A DNA stretch of 64,000 nt, taken from contig NC_067404.1 in the NCBI RefSeq assembly GCF_016432865.1, positions 71,734,001 to 71,798,000 on the forward strand, given 5' to 3'. The position numbers and the translations under genes were made by a program. This stretch comes from Antechinus flavipes (Eukaryota). Under the pieces are notes generated by a model. The model was given only the letters and a program-made list of their open reading frames with translations. It did not search any database and was not told the origin of the DNA. Every line of letters begins with the position of its first letter. Position 1 is the first letter of the stretch. This document shows, piece by piece, positions 47,800-59,990 of the stretch.

Positions 47800-49844
47800 C
47801 CTAAACTCTGATTCATGATTCATTAATTAATTAATCTCAAACTTAATTAATTCAGGCTCTACTCATTTAATATTTGTGATCATTCAAATTAATGATAGGC
47901 TGGCTTTTACCCATGTACCCTTTAAAATGGATTCATTAAGTAAAACAAAGATGAAAGTGAGAAGGAGAGAGTTCCAACTATTTTAAATGTTGCTTGTCAT
48001 CTTCACAAACTTGGAGATGAAATGAGCTGAAATATTCCTTCCAGGTGCTTTCTTGGCTCCATTTTCTATTTTGAGTACAAAGGTTTTGCACATACAAGTC
48101 AAGTTTTCCATTCTTCATCTCCACTATTGGCTCTATCTTGGCCATCGAGTTTGATTGTGCCAAGTGTAAATGCAGAGCTCAATCCTTCCACAAAAATAAT
48201 GAACAAAGCAACTTGTTTCCAATCAATATGGAGAGACTGATAACTGCTTTTAGAGAGTTTTGATCTTTATATTTCCTTTTACAGCTGTTTTTAAGCCAGC
48301 TATTCTCCTACAAATGGCATGTTGTCTTCAGTTGTATGTGCAGTTGAGTTGACCACAGCCATTCATTATTGGATAATTTGGGGACCAAAGTATATACAGG
48401 ATCAAAAGAAAATTAAAAGGGAAACCAGACCAAGCCAAATATTTACCCAATCTCCTTAATTTCCAGAGGGAAATTGGGCAAGATTCAACCCACACAGGCA
48501 TTTCAGTGTACGCTAACATGTACCTAAAATGGTCCACTAGGACCTTAGAGCTAGAGGGAGGAACACTTTATTATTTTGTCCTGTCTTCTTTGAGGTATTT
48601 TGCTGCAAACTTATAAATGTGAATCTGAAAAGATATTTATCTACCACATTGGGAACCCTCTCTTAAATAAGTACTCTAAAAACCTTAAAACTACTGGGCT
48701 TGGTGTTTCTGGGGTGGGGGAAGGAAATAGGTTTTTCTGCTGTAAAACCTTTCCTAGTTATATAATATTTACTCACTGAGCTGGCGCATTCAGTCTATGT
48801 ACCTCACCAGTACCAAATATAACTGGCAATATTTTGTGACTATTGCCCATTCTGAACTAATTACAGACAAACTTAAGTATTTGCCACAAAATTCCCCAAA
48901 AGATTGTTACATGTTCTTAGATTACTTGATTCGTTCCCTTCCCATAACTGACAGAATTATTCTCTTCCCATCAGTTCCTTTGTAAGTATTCAGAAAGACT
49001 CTTTGGAAAAGCTAAAGTGCCTTAAGTTTACAAAACTAGCTGGCAGAAGCTGAGAATCCCTTGCCCTTTTGAAAATGACTTTACTGTTTAGGCACAGGAT
49101 TACTGTGAGCTCTTTCCTCGAGTCTGCATATTTGTTCACTTGTCCAGATTAGCATGCTTGTTCAGAAGACCTGGTGAATTTCTCTCGTTTGCAGGAAAAT
49201 AGCCTAGGGTTGTCTTTTTTCAAGAAGTCACCTTTATTAAGGGTGAGAAAGCAAGCTCAAGATAATTCTTAGTAGAACTTAGGCCAATTTAGAAATAGAG
49301 AACTTTCTATTTTGATGGTCTTGGTCTTCACGTGCAGGCCTGACCCTTACTTTGCCTTTAAAATGGTCACGTTTCAAACATTAACTGAGCACAAAGTAAA
49401 AGGCAGTGAGTTTTCCATTTTCATGTACATTGAACCTTTCTAAATTTAAAGGTATATGATTTTTGTTGTTTTATTTAATATACAAGTTGAGTTAAAAATC
49501 TGCCTTTTAACACCATGGCTATAATCTCTTAGCCATTATGGCATAATCAAACATCTTTCCACACTTCAAATTCCCATGATGACTTGTTGAAAGATGTATA
49601 AGAAAGCAGACTGCAATCAATGAAAAGTAAATTATTCGAATGAGGAATAGGTTGTAACACTGGTATTCTGTGTGATATTAATTTGGTGAGACTATAGAAA
49701 ATTTATTTATGTGCTATTTGTGCTGTTTACTTACTATTGCTTCTTGTACATTTGTAGAAGTTCTAACCTATTTGTGACCCTGCAAATTGGATGTTACCTG
49801 GCAGTGCTCCCATTGAATTCAAATGAATTCACTGAGCGTTTCTT

Positions 49845-50090
49845 GTTATTCGGTCATTTTTTAGTTGTGTCTTCAAACAGCATTTGAGGTTTTCTTGGCA
49901 AAGCTACTTGAATGGTTGGCCATTTCCTTTTCCAGCTCATCTCACAGATGAGGAAACTGAGGCAAACGGTGAAGTGACTTGCCTAGGGTCACACAGCTAA
50001 TAAGGGTCTGAGATCAAATTTGAAATCAGAAGAGACTTCCTCACTCTAGGGCTCGCCTTATATACCCCAGGCCACCTAGTTGCCCCAATG
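49845..50090 (-). mobile_element. MAR1 SINE
   Basis: GGTTTTCTTGGCAAAG...CCATTTCCTTTTCCAGCTCATCTCACAGATGAGGAAACTGAGGC...GCCACCTAGTTGCCCC. Confidence 0.9.
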
Positions 50091-50340
50091 AGGACTTTTG
50101 GAAAGCTAATGGTGCTAGCAGTGGGGAAAAGAGAAATAAAATGCCTTCTACTCTCCCAGAGCTCTTATGGCGCAACAGAGGAGATAAAACAATTGCAAAT
50201 ATCTACAATTAGTACTTCATTCTGGGAGAGAGACCCGGGTACCAAGTGTTAAGAAGTAGCAGACCCAAGGAAAGCACCCTAGAGAATGTGATAGCCAAGC
50301 TGGGCACTGAAGGATGGATAGAATTTCTTTAGAGTTGGTG
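50090..50340 (-). mobile_element. L2 LINE fragment
   Basis: Purine-rich reverse-strand L2 text. Confidence 0.45.
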
Positions 50341-53300
50341 TGAAATAATAGTGATTTAGTGACTACAGGGTTTCCCACATCAACAAAAACTTGTTCCCAT
50401 GTAGTCAGTTGTTTCGAAGCCAGGAGATTTTTCCTTCACAGAAAAGAGAATTATGTGGAAAACAACACAAGATGGCTCCTCGAATAAATTAGCTTGCATA
50501 TTAATAGACACAAGAACGTGAAAATGACATGTGGGCTCAGTCCTGTGGTCCATCTCCACAAGTATTTTATGACTGACAGAACTAAGGAAGAATTTATGAA
50601 GGATTAGAGTAATTATCCTTTAGATTAGCTTCAAAAATTAGGTGTTTAGCCCTAGCATTCCTGAGCCCATTCCTAACTGGCAATGGATTAATTCTCCATA
50701 AATTTTTCTCAACCCTTCTTTAAACTATTTAGATTGTGACTCACATCTCCTCTTCGAACAAGGTTTTACTTAGCTTTTTTACTTGTAAAGAATATTCATA
50801 AATAAATATGCAAATACTAAAAATGATCTTTGATAGTTGGTGGATTTAGTGTATTTTTTTCTTTTGAAACTGAGACTGGAGATATAAGATGATCTTAGAT
50901 TTACCATATTCCATAAAATATTCTGCAGTTTCTTGAGGTAGTTTTTTTTGAATACCGATTGATATTTTAACTCCTGCTAAAGGCTATCTAAGCATTTAGT
51001 AGATTTTCAGACTGTCTCCAGCTTGGAAGTGAATCAAGACCTGAAATCGGACTTATTTACCGTATCCTCACTATGAGTTTTTTAGGAGCAAATTGAATTG
51101 AGATTTTGTTGGAACTGATAATTCCTACTTAGACGAACTGGTATCTTCTCTGCATTTTAAGTCTCGGAGAGTAAACGGAAGTACTAAAAGCTTAAATGAT
51201 TACCCAAGGGTCAGATTGCCAGACCAGAAGTGTCAGAGGCTTTCTCAACTCCCAGGTTGCTTCCTAATTCTTTGTTGTAAGCTATTTCTATATAGGGAGA
51301 AAATCAACATTTGCTGTTCTTTCTTCTTCAAAAAACTACCTGAGGTTATAAATATTAGGCTGGTAATTATTTTAAACATTCAGAACATCTGGAAGATTTT
51401 TCCCTTTCTGTTGACCTCTTTTAGCTGCTTTCTCAACTTGCCAAATATTTCTATCTTTACAAGTTGTCTTTATAGTCACAGCTTTTTCCTGGGTTTAGGC
51501 TAATCAAGGTTAATCAACAAGGTGGGGGGCAACCTTCTAAGGACAATGCCTACCTTTAGCAAATTTAAGGGGTCTAAAGGGAGGGATATCATGTCCACAT
51601 TGTGTGAGATCATTGTGAGCATATATACCCTTCAAGAGTGCTACCAGTGCCTGAGAGCCTTCCCTTCCCATGCCCGAGAGCTTTCTCCCCCCATGCCTAA
51701 GGCTTTGCCATCCCAAATGAGCAAAAAAGATGGTAAAGCATCTGAAGGCTTTGCCACAAATTTCAAGTCTCAGTGACAGGGTATCAAGTTCATGCTTGCC
51801 TTCTCCTTGGCCTTTCTCATATTGTACCAGCCTCCTCAAGCCTGGCAGACCCTTCTCACAATCCCAGAACTTTATCACCCTCAAAACTAGCATACATGAA
51901 ATTCAAGTATTGTAAAGAAATTTCCTGGGCATGAAGCATTATGCCACACTTCCATGGCATTCCACATCCTGAAGGAGCCATCTTTAATAATCTGAGACTT
52001 CTTGTGATAACCCAGAGTTCTCTGTCCACTCTGAAATGTGAATATTTTCACAGAATTTCCATGGTCCGATGGAAGGCTAGCATGTGGCCATTGTCAGAGG
52101 TCAGGGTGAGCTTCTGCATCCTCCTGCAGTTCTACCAACATCCCCCAAATGGCAACCATATACCGAGCAACCTAGAATGTTTTAACCAATTTGTCCTGGT
52201 TAACTAATTAACTTAATGTAATTAACTCAGAATTAGACCCCATGCACTTTGTGTACTAGCCAGTCTACCTCATGCCCTATTTTGGTACAGGGGGATCATG
52301 GCCGTTTGATGTCATCTCTCCTTACCACATTTAATAGGCCCTTTCGATTCTCTCTTTTTGATTACCACTTCCTTTAATTTAGTAAGACCTGCGTGTCACC
52401 TCTAAACCAGCCTATTTAACCTGCTATCTTCTCCTGAATTTCCCAGTTTCCTTTCCTTTTTTCCTTTCCTTTCCTTTTCCCTCTCCTTTCTGCTGGAAAG
52501 TGTCTTCACCTGAGAATGCCCAGGAAAAATAGGTCAAATTTATTTCTGGGTCTCCTCTTCCATTCACATTTAATTGACAATGCAGCTCTATTTTATCTAA
52601 TGTCTTCAAATGCCTGCTTTCTCCTAAGAGCTCTCGTGATCATTAGGTAGATTTGCTCCTTTTTCCCATCCACTGGCTACTTGGCACAGTGCCATCCCAA
52701 CCCAATATATATTCTAGTATCCCACAGTGGAAACGTGACTTATCAGTCTCAAGTGACTTTCCTTTAGCTTCAGAAATTAAATTAGTCCCGGTCTACATTT
52801 TATCCTATCCATCTCTGACCATGCTGCTGTTGGAGGCTTAGTCCAGGTGTGAGGTTCCACATCCTTTAAAATAACTTTTCAGGGATTTATGGTATAAGAA
52901 TTGTCTCCATGTATTATTGGCTTTCATGTGTTGGAATAAGCTTCAAGGTTTCCCTTGTATTTATTTTCATATGGGGGATATAGATAGGCTGAGAAGGACA
53001 GGGTTGGATATGAAGAGAAAATCATTTGGAGGAAAAGGGCCCTCACTTAAATGAATCTGTTAATTTAAATTAGCTCCGTTAGCCTTTGGAACTCTTATTT
53101 TCCCTTTCAAGAACCGAGTCTCACGCACTACTTCCTAGATTAAGCTTAGTCTAATTCTCAGTTTCCCAATTGATTTAGCAACATTGCCCTTTATTATTTC
53201 CCTTGCTCCACACGGGGAAATGGGATTAGTCTCAAGGGGTACCAAGACAAAATTAAAAAGACTAGCCCTCCTCTGGGGGCATCCTTTGTATATATGTGCT

Positions 53301-54458
53301 TAGCTGACAGGACCTCTCCCTTTTTTTCTTTATGGCTTCATATATCGGTTTTTTCCATGGATCTCACATCCAGTCTTGACATTAACATACAAGATTATAG
53401 GGGAAGAGCCAGTGCCAGCTGTATGCTTCTTATTCTAGTTAGACAGCTAGAAAAACAACTGCAAAGTTTATTAAATCAACTTCAGAATTCCTCAGTACTT
53501 GCTCCTGAGAGTGTAGTCACTCATTGCCTTGTGCAGCTGGACTGCATCTCAGCCCTGCATTGTATTCCCAATCTCTGAGTTCCTTTCTGTTTCCCTGAAT
53601 TTTCTCTTATGTCCTCTGTGAAGTATTTGTGGTTCAATCATACTGGTTATAAAAATTGTCTTGTTGATGTTTGGGAAAACACTAATGACTGATGAGACGA
53701 GTTGGATGATGTAGTGGAGGAGCACTTCCTCTGAGGATCTTAGTGTTAGATTGATTTGAAATTAAATGACATTGTCAGTTTTGGCTTTAATTGCCACAAA
53801 CCTCAAAGGGAATACGGGGTTTTCTGTTTGGATGATCAGAAAAGTGACCTTAGATTGTAAACCAGAGATAGGCCATGTATACAGTGGTGAAGAATTCATA
53901 CCGAGCTGGGAATACTGATTGCTGGACCACGTTACGGTACTCCTTGAATTATAAAGTGCTGGAATGTTTGCTCTTTTTTCTAGGATTTACCTAAGTTACC
54001 TTTTGGGAGTTCTCATGATTTTGTATTGGAATACTGTACTTGGAATTTTGGATAAATGGAACAAATTGGATTCAGTGACTAGTTTTCAAACGCCGACATG
54101 TTGTGAAGACTAAGGCAACTTGAAGATGGGATACCATCTAGCATGAGATACAGTGTTTGAGGAAAGTATCTACAAAATATTTCAGCTCCAAGAGAATGTC
54201 CCCAATACTGTATCTGCTGGAGACTGAAGTATAATCTGACCGTGGACAAGTTTAGAATTGGATTTTTGTGATATATTTGAAACATCCACTTTTTGTATGA
54301 ATAGAGCCTTGGATAATCACTTGGAGAAAGCTTGTAACTGCCTTTTCTCCTCCCAGACTGTTAGTAATGTGAAATAGCTTGGATTTGGAGTTAGAGTGTT
54401 GCATTGTGAACTGTGGAGAACTGTTAGTATGTATCCTACTTCTTTCTTTTCTCTGCAG

Positions 54459-54563
54459 GTTACTTTGAGGGATTTCATTTTCAGGGCTGAAATTGTATCT
54501 TGGCCACCATCTTGCCATCTGTCATCCCTGTTGCTGCTGCTTGGGTACCTTCTGGCCCATTGA
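54459..54563 (+). other. Candidate exon start (strong acceptor)
   Basis: TCCTACTTCTTTCTTTTCTCTGCAG ends at 54458. Phase 1 reads GYFEGFHFQG* (stop at 54490); phase 0 reads VTLRDFIFRAEIVSWPPSCHLSSLLLLLGYLLAH*. Confidence 0.2.
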
Positions 54564-54589
54564 ACTTTACCTGGCACTCCTGAAGAATT

Positions 54590-54950
54590 CACCTGTGGCT
54601 TTTAATCCTCTCAGCCGTGAACCCAGTACTTCAGACTGTCCTGTGACTGGTATGTCACATGCCCCATTCTATCTAGCCAGTTCCCAACCATGCCTCTCTT
54701 TGTCTTACCATCTGCCAGGCAAGGGCCTCCTGCCCATCTTACCCTAGAAAAGTAATCAAATCAATTTTGCCATTATTAGCCATCAACTTTCCTGAGTGCT
54801 GATCACCTTCTGATTTCCCAAAACTCAGTTGATGGCCCTTTAGGTGGTATCCTCCCTATATCCTCAAGGACAGGGACTATCTTACTTTTAATTTCTATCA
54901 CCATTAACACAGTCCTTGGAATATAGTAAGTAATTAATAAATATTCTGTT
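54590..54950 (+). mobile_element. L2 LINE 3' end
   Basis: CTCAAGGACAGGGACTATCTTAC...ACAGTCCTTGGAATATAGTAAGT..TTAATAAAT. Confidence 0.65.
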
Positions 54951-55479
54951 CCTCCAGATGTCCCATGGTTTAATTTTTTTAAAAATGAGCAGATGACAGA
55001 TACGTATATCTTGTCGTGGTGAGCATGCTAACTTGTATCACCATCCCCTTCAATGGTAGCATGGCCCTGGACCTCTCCAGGTCCTCCCTGCCCTTTAAGA
55101 CATTGGGGTTGACAGCTGACATCTTTTAGCTGGATGGGTGGGATTTTGAGGAGTGACTCAGTATCATGAAATGAGGTAGGTCTCGCTTGAGTCAAAGCAG
55201 CCCATATGTCTCCGCTAACTCTCCTCTGATTCTGGCTAGTCAACCAGCTGCTGGTAGCCCTGGCCTCAAGTGGAGACCTGCTAATTGCTTTTCCATGCTC
55301 CCTGGCCCTCAAAACTCTAGCTGAAACCTAACTATGCTCCCCAGTGAGTCAAGCTATCAATCAGAAAGAACTTATTAAGGGCTTATGATGTGCTAAGGGC
55401 ACTGGGCTAAGTGTCAGGATACAAAGAAGAAGCAAAATCAGTTTCTTATGTAGTTAGTGCCCACAAGATAAGCACAGAT

Positions 55480-55715
55480 GAGTAATACTAATAACAGTTC
55501 ACATGTTATTATGTTACTTTGACACTTGTAAAGTGTCTTACAGATGTTAACTCATTTGATCCTAACAACAGTCATGTGCCATGGATGCCACTCTTGTCCC
55601 TATTTTGCAGATGAGGAAACTGAGGCCCAGAAGTTAAGGGACTTGCCTAGGGTCACATAGCTACTGTGTGAGGTCAGATTTGAATTCAGATTTTCCTGAC
55701 TTCAGGTTCCAAGCT
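55480..55715 (-). mobile_element. MIR SINE
   Basis: CTCATTTGATCCTAACAAC...TTTTGCAGATGAGGAAACTGAGGCCCAG. Confidence 0.85.
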
Positions 55716-55855
55716 TGATAGAAAGTGGCTTCATTTTAAAGAGGAATGATGGTAGTCATATCTACTAGATTGGAAAACAATTTTGGATTTATTGCCAAAG
55801 CAAAAGTGCTTTTGTTCATAAATCCCTCTCCTTCCTTGGTGGAACTTCAAGTCTA

Positions 55856-56844
55856 TATTTTTTTTTATTTTTTTGTTTAAGGTTTTTTTTTTTATTTTTC
55901 AAAACATATGCATAGATAATTTTTCACCATTGACCTTTGCAAAACTCTGTCTTCCAGTTTCTCCCTTCCTTCCCCCCACTCCTTCCCCTAGATGGCAAAT
56001 AGTCTAATATATGTTTTAACACGGTAGAAATATGTTAAATCCAATTTATGTATACATATTTATACAATTCTCTTGCTGCACAAGAGAAATCAGATCAAAA
56101 AAAAAAAGTAAGTAAATGAGAAAGAAAACAAAATACAAGTGAACACCAACAAAAAGAGAATGTTAGGTTGTGATCCCCACTCGGTTCCCACTGTCCTCTC
56201 TCTGCTTGTAGCTGTGTCTCTTCATCACTGAACAAGTGGAACTGATTTGAATCTCTCATTGTTGAAGAGAGCCACGTCCATCAGAATTGATCATCATATA
56301 GTCCTGTTGTTGCCAGGAGCAATGATCTCCTGGCCCTACTCACTTCACTCAGCATCAGTTCCTATAAGTCTTTTCAGGCCTCTCTGAAATCATCCTGCTG
56401 GTGTTTCTTACAGAACAATAATGTTCTATCACATTCATATACCATAACTCATTCAGCCATTCCCCAATTGATGGGCATCCATTCATTTTCCAGCTTCTAG
56501 CCACTACAAACAGGGCTGCCACAAACATTTTGGCACATACGGGTCCCTTTCCCTCCTTTAAAATCTCTTTGGGATACAAGCCCAGTAGAAACACTGCTGG
56601 ATCAAAGGGGATGCACAGTTTGATAACTTTTTGAGCATAGTTCCACATTGCTCTCCATGGATCTGTTCACAACTCTACCAACAAGTCATTAATGTCCCAG
56701 TTTTCCCACATCCCCCCAACATTCCTCATTATCTTTTCCTGTCATCTTAGCCAATCTGACAGGTGTGTAGTGGTATCTCAGAGTTGTCTTAATTTGCATT
56801 TCTCTGATCAATCGACTTTTTCATGTGTCTAGAAATGGTTTCAA
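55856..56844 (-). mobile_element. 5'-truncated L1 (about 1 kb) with 16-bp TSD
   Basis: Poly-T at 55856-55900; ORF 56355-56648 is the ORF2 C-terminus; TSD TGGAACTTCAAGTCTA (55840-55855) and TGGAATTTCAAGTCTA (56845-56860). Confidence 0.95.
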
Positions 56845-56872
56845 TGGAATTTCAAGTCTAAATGAGATGTCA

Positions 56873-56885
56873 CGCCACCTTGTGG
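56873..56885 (-). promoter_or_regulatory. Candidate CTCF site
   Basis: The minus strand reads CCACAAGGTGGCG, close to the CTCF core CCASYAGRKGGCR. Motif match only. Confidence 0.4.
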
Positions 56886-57324
56886 AGGACCTGGGAAACA
56901 GTTTTGGATTCTAGGGGGAAGTCACATGACTAGAAGCATGTGACCTGATTTGACCCGGAATTAGTAGGTTTGCCATGAGGCGGATCTCTTCAAGTCTTTT
57001 TGTTTGACCCAGTTTCTTCCCTTCCCTTTTTGTTGACCACACCAGACCATACTCCAGTCTTTCTTATTGTCACCTATCATTTGGCCACAAGGAACAGCAT
57101 CTCTGGAACTCTACTCTAAACTAGTCCTCTAACTCAACCCTCCCCTTCTGAAGAATGGCAGAGAGCCTTGACTGTCCCTCACCTTGTCTGTGAATCCCAG
57201 CAGAAGGGATACTTCTTCTGGTAAATGAAACTGAAAGCTTTCTTCTACTTTCTTTCCTTCTCTTCTATGATCCTCCTCAAAGTATTCATCATATTTGAAT
57301 AACAGTTTTAATTTTATGACATAA

Positions 57325-57420
57325 ATCAAAGTGTTACATAGTGGATAGAGACCTGTCCTTGAACCAAGGAAGGCCCAACCTGCCATTTTGGCCTTGTTAC
57401 TCTGGGCAAGTTGTTTCATC
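57325..57420 (+). mobile_element. MIR SINE fragment
   Basis: AGTGGATAGAGACCTGTCCTTGAA...CTCTGGGCAAGT. Confidence 0.6.
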
Positions 57421-57570
57421 TTTTTTTTTTCCCCCCCTGAGGCCATTGGAATGAAGTGACTTGCCCAGGGTCCCACAGCTAGGAAATGTCAAGTATCTGA
57501 GGCCACATTTGAACTCAGGTCCTCCTGACTTCAGGGCTGGTGCTCCATCCACTGTGCCAACTTCCTGTCC
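57421..57570 (-). mobile_element. Short CORE-SINE with A tail (WSINE1-like)
   Basis: The minus strand reads GGCACAGTGGATGGAGCACCAGCCCTGAAGTCAGGAGGACCTGAGTTCAAATGTGGCCTCAGA...GGGCAAGTCACTT followed by poly-A. Confidence 0.8.
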
Positions 57571-59019
57571 TGTGGCTCAATCTCTTAAATCTTCCACACC
57601 ACAGTTGTCTATATCAGTGAACTCTTAGGTCCAATATCTATCCCAATTCCTTTGAATTTTGTGTGATGCATGAGTAGGAAAAATACTCAGGCATCCCTTT
57701 ATCATGCCAACCTTATTAAAGAGAATGGCTCATCTGTACACATTCCAAAAGCTAAAGTTCATGACTACAGGACTTGGAGAAATGAGTCCAAAATGTCTTC
57801 TATAGGGTGGTTGGTTGTATTATGAATGGTGGCAGAATTATTTCAATTCATGATTTTGTCATATCCCTGGAAGTCTGATGCCAATGAGTCAAAGAAGAAA
57901 TGGAAAACCTCGGCCCCAGGAAAATTTTCATCCGTTCCCAGTTCTTTTCACCGGCATCCTCTACTAACAAATAAAATAACAGCCCTACTTCCTTTTCTTC
58001 CACATTTTCACCGCCTAACTCATAGTCTTAACTTCTTCATCCCTGTCTCTCAAATACAAACAACCGTTTCTGTAGAGCTTTCAGTAAGATTTCCCCAGCA
58101 AAGACAGTCGTTTGTTCACGTGTTGAAAGAGGCCTCTATCTATAAGATAATAATGTGGGGAAATGGTCTTTCAATGTTGATTTAAATCCAGCTGCCCAAG
58201 TCCTTGATTCCCATTTTTACCTAATTCTAAAGCTTGTCTCATTTCTTGCTCCTAGAACCCTGAACCTCTGGTTGTATTCTGCGCTAAATAATGCGTGACT
58301 CTGCCTTAATCCCACTAAGTCTCTGGGGATTCCATATTTCTGGAAACCACTCGCTGAGTCTGTATAACCAAATTGGAACTGTTAGCACTAAGCTTGACCT
58401 TCTGGTCATGGTCTTTCCAAGCTCCTGAAACTTTGGAGAATTGTAAACAACCTATGGCAGCTAGGGAAAACATCACAAAGAACAGCTGACCGATCAATTC
58501 GCCAAAGCCAACTCTTCAATCCATTTGTGGGATTGAGCGGCCCAAAATCACTAAGCCTAGTCTACCATTTGAGATGCAGTTACTTCTCCACTCGGCCAGA
58601 GTCACTTCACAGATAAAGAAAGATATTTAAATACTGCTTTGGGGTTTGGAACAAAGGGTGTCAGCAAGTGTTACTATAAGACATCACTAAGAGCTGCTCC
58701 TTCACACAGACCTTTTCAGGCCATGACAACCAAATGAGCCCTCAGCAATGCCTCTATTTTTCCCGGTCTATGAGACAGTCAGGCCTGATTTCTCTCAGGA
58801 GACTGTGAAGAATGACTAATAAGTGTTATAGTAAAGAACTTTCCAACTTAAAGTATAGCTTCTTAGTGAAATTAATACAGATATTGAGTGATACCTTGGA
58901 AAGGGGATTGACAAGGAAAAACTAGATGTTGAGAAGGGTTCAGTCTTAATCAGTTCTTCAAGTTATTCTGACAAGCGGGCACAATGTATAAGGGCAGACG
59001 ATTCTCAGGCAAGGTTAGG

Positions 59020-59033
59020 GTTTCCCTGGCAAC
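59020..59033. promoter_or_regulatory. Candidate RFX (X-box) site
   Basis: GTTTCCCTGGCAAC fits the GTNRCCNNRGYAAC-type consensus. Confidence 0.35.
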
Positions 59034-59759
59034 CGTCAAATGCATTAGTAATATCCCTTAGGAAGTTTTTGGTCAAGAATAACTGAAGGAAGTTCTAGGA
59101 AACTATTTTTAAACCATCTTTTGAGTTAAATCTATTCTCTTTTCAAAGTTCTTTTTTTTCCCTAAAAAATTTTGCTTTAATTACTTAATTAATGGTTATT
59201 TGGCGAGGGTTATTGAACATCTTTTTGAAGGAAAGGTTTTGACTCTTGCTGTCAAATACAATTAAAAATGTCACTGAGTGGGGAGCTGTTTGGAAAAGAT
59301 GTGAGCAAGCCCTTCTGTAAAGGAGGCACCTACCCAGGAGATATACACCAAAAATTAAAATTATGCATGTCTATCTAGCGCCCGCAGTAAGTACTATTGT
59401 AAAACATTTAGATTTGCAAATGTCTCAGTAATTGATCTGTATTATTTATTCCTTATCATTAGTCCATTGAAAAGGATCTGCAACAAGAGTCCTTATTCCA
59501 CAGCGGAGGAAAATGACATCAGGCTTTTGGAGCTGGCTAGTGGGACTTGACTGTTCACAGTCATAAATCGAGTCATTTTTAAAATGTGTTGATTGATTGA
59601 GCTACTTTTGATCTCTAGAATAATAAACTCATAACCTCGTAAGTGATAAATCAAAAGTCTGGTCTTTGTTGGGCATCTCTTCCACATAAGAATCATGTAG
59701 TCTTAGATGAGTCATTTTAATGTCTCCCCATGGAGAGAATGGAAATGAGGGGCAATTTT

Positions 59760-59990
59760 GTATACTGGAGAGAACATCCCACCTGGAATCAGACTCCCTG
59801 AGTTTAAATCTTAAGTTCTTATTTTATCAGCTGTGTGACAGATGTTAGGCAAGTCTGTATCTAGACCTCAGTTTCCTCATCTGTAAAATGAGGGAGTTTA
59901 ATGAGATGGCCTCTAACCAGACCCAGATCTTTGACCACATAATACAAAAAAGATTGGACTGAATGACCTCTAATGCTCTTTCTAGCTAAT
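59760..59990 (+). mobile_element. MIR SINE(s)
   Basis: GACCTCAGTTTCCTCATCTGTAAAATGAGGG core. Confidence 0.85.

Noticed and set aside
48975-48981. Possible 7-nt microexon; also an 8-nt one at 59379-59386
   Set aside because: Not frame-preserving, and the second lacks a pyrimidine tract; no support beyond the dinucleotides.
49503-49535. ATGGCTA/TAGCCAT inverted repeat; also the AAGCTTA/TAAGCTT pair near 12972-12998
   Set aside because: Seven-bp stems are expected by chance in 64 kb and are too short for a pre-miRNA.
51500-52250. Four overlapping ORFs considered as a possible endogenous viral element or retrogene
   Set aside because: No viral or cellular motif was recognised. A weak resemblance on the minus strand (MRKAK...) suggests a decayed CR1-type LINE. 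TBLASTX against viral and Dfam proteins would settle it.
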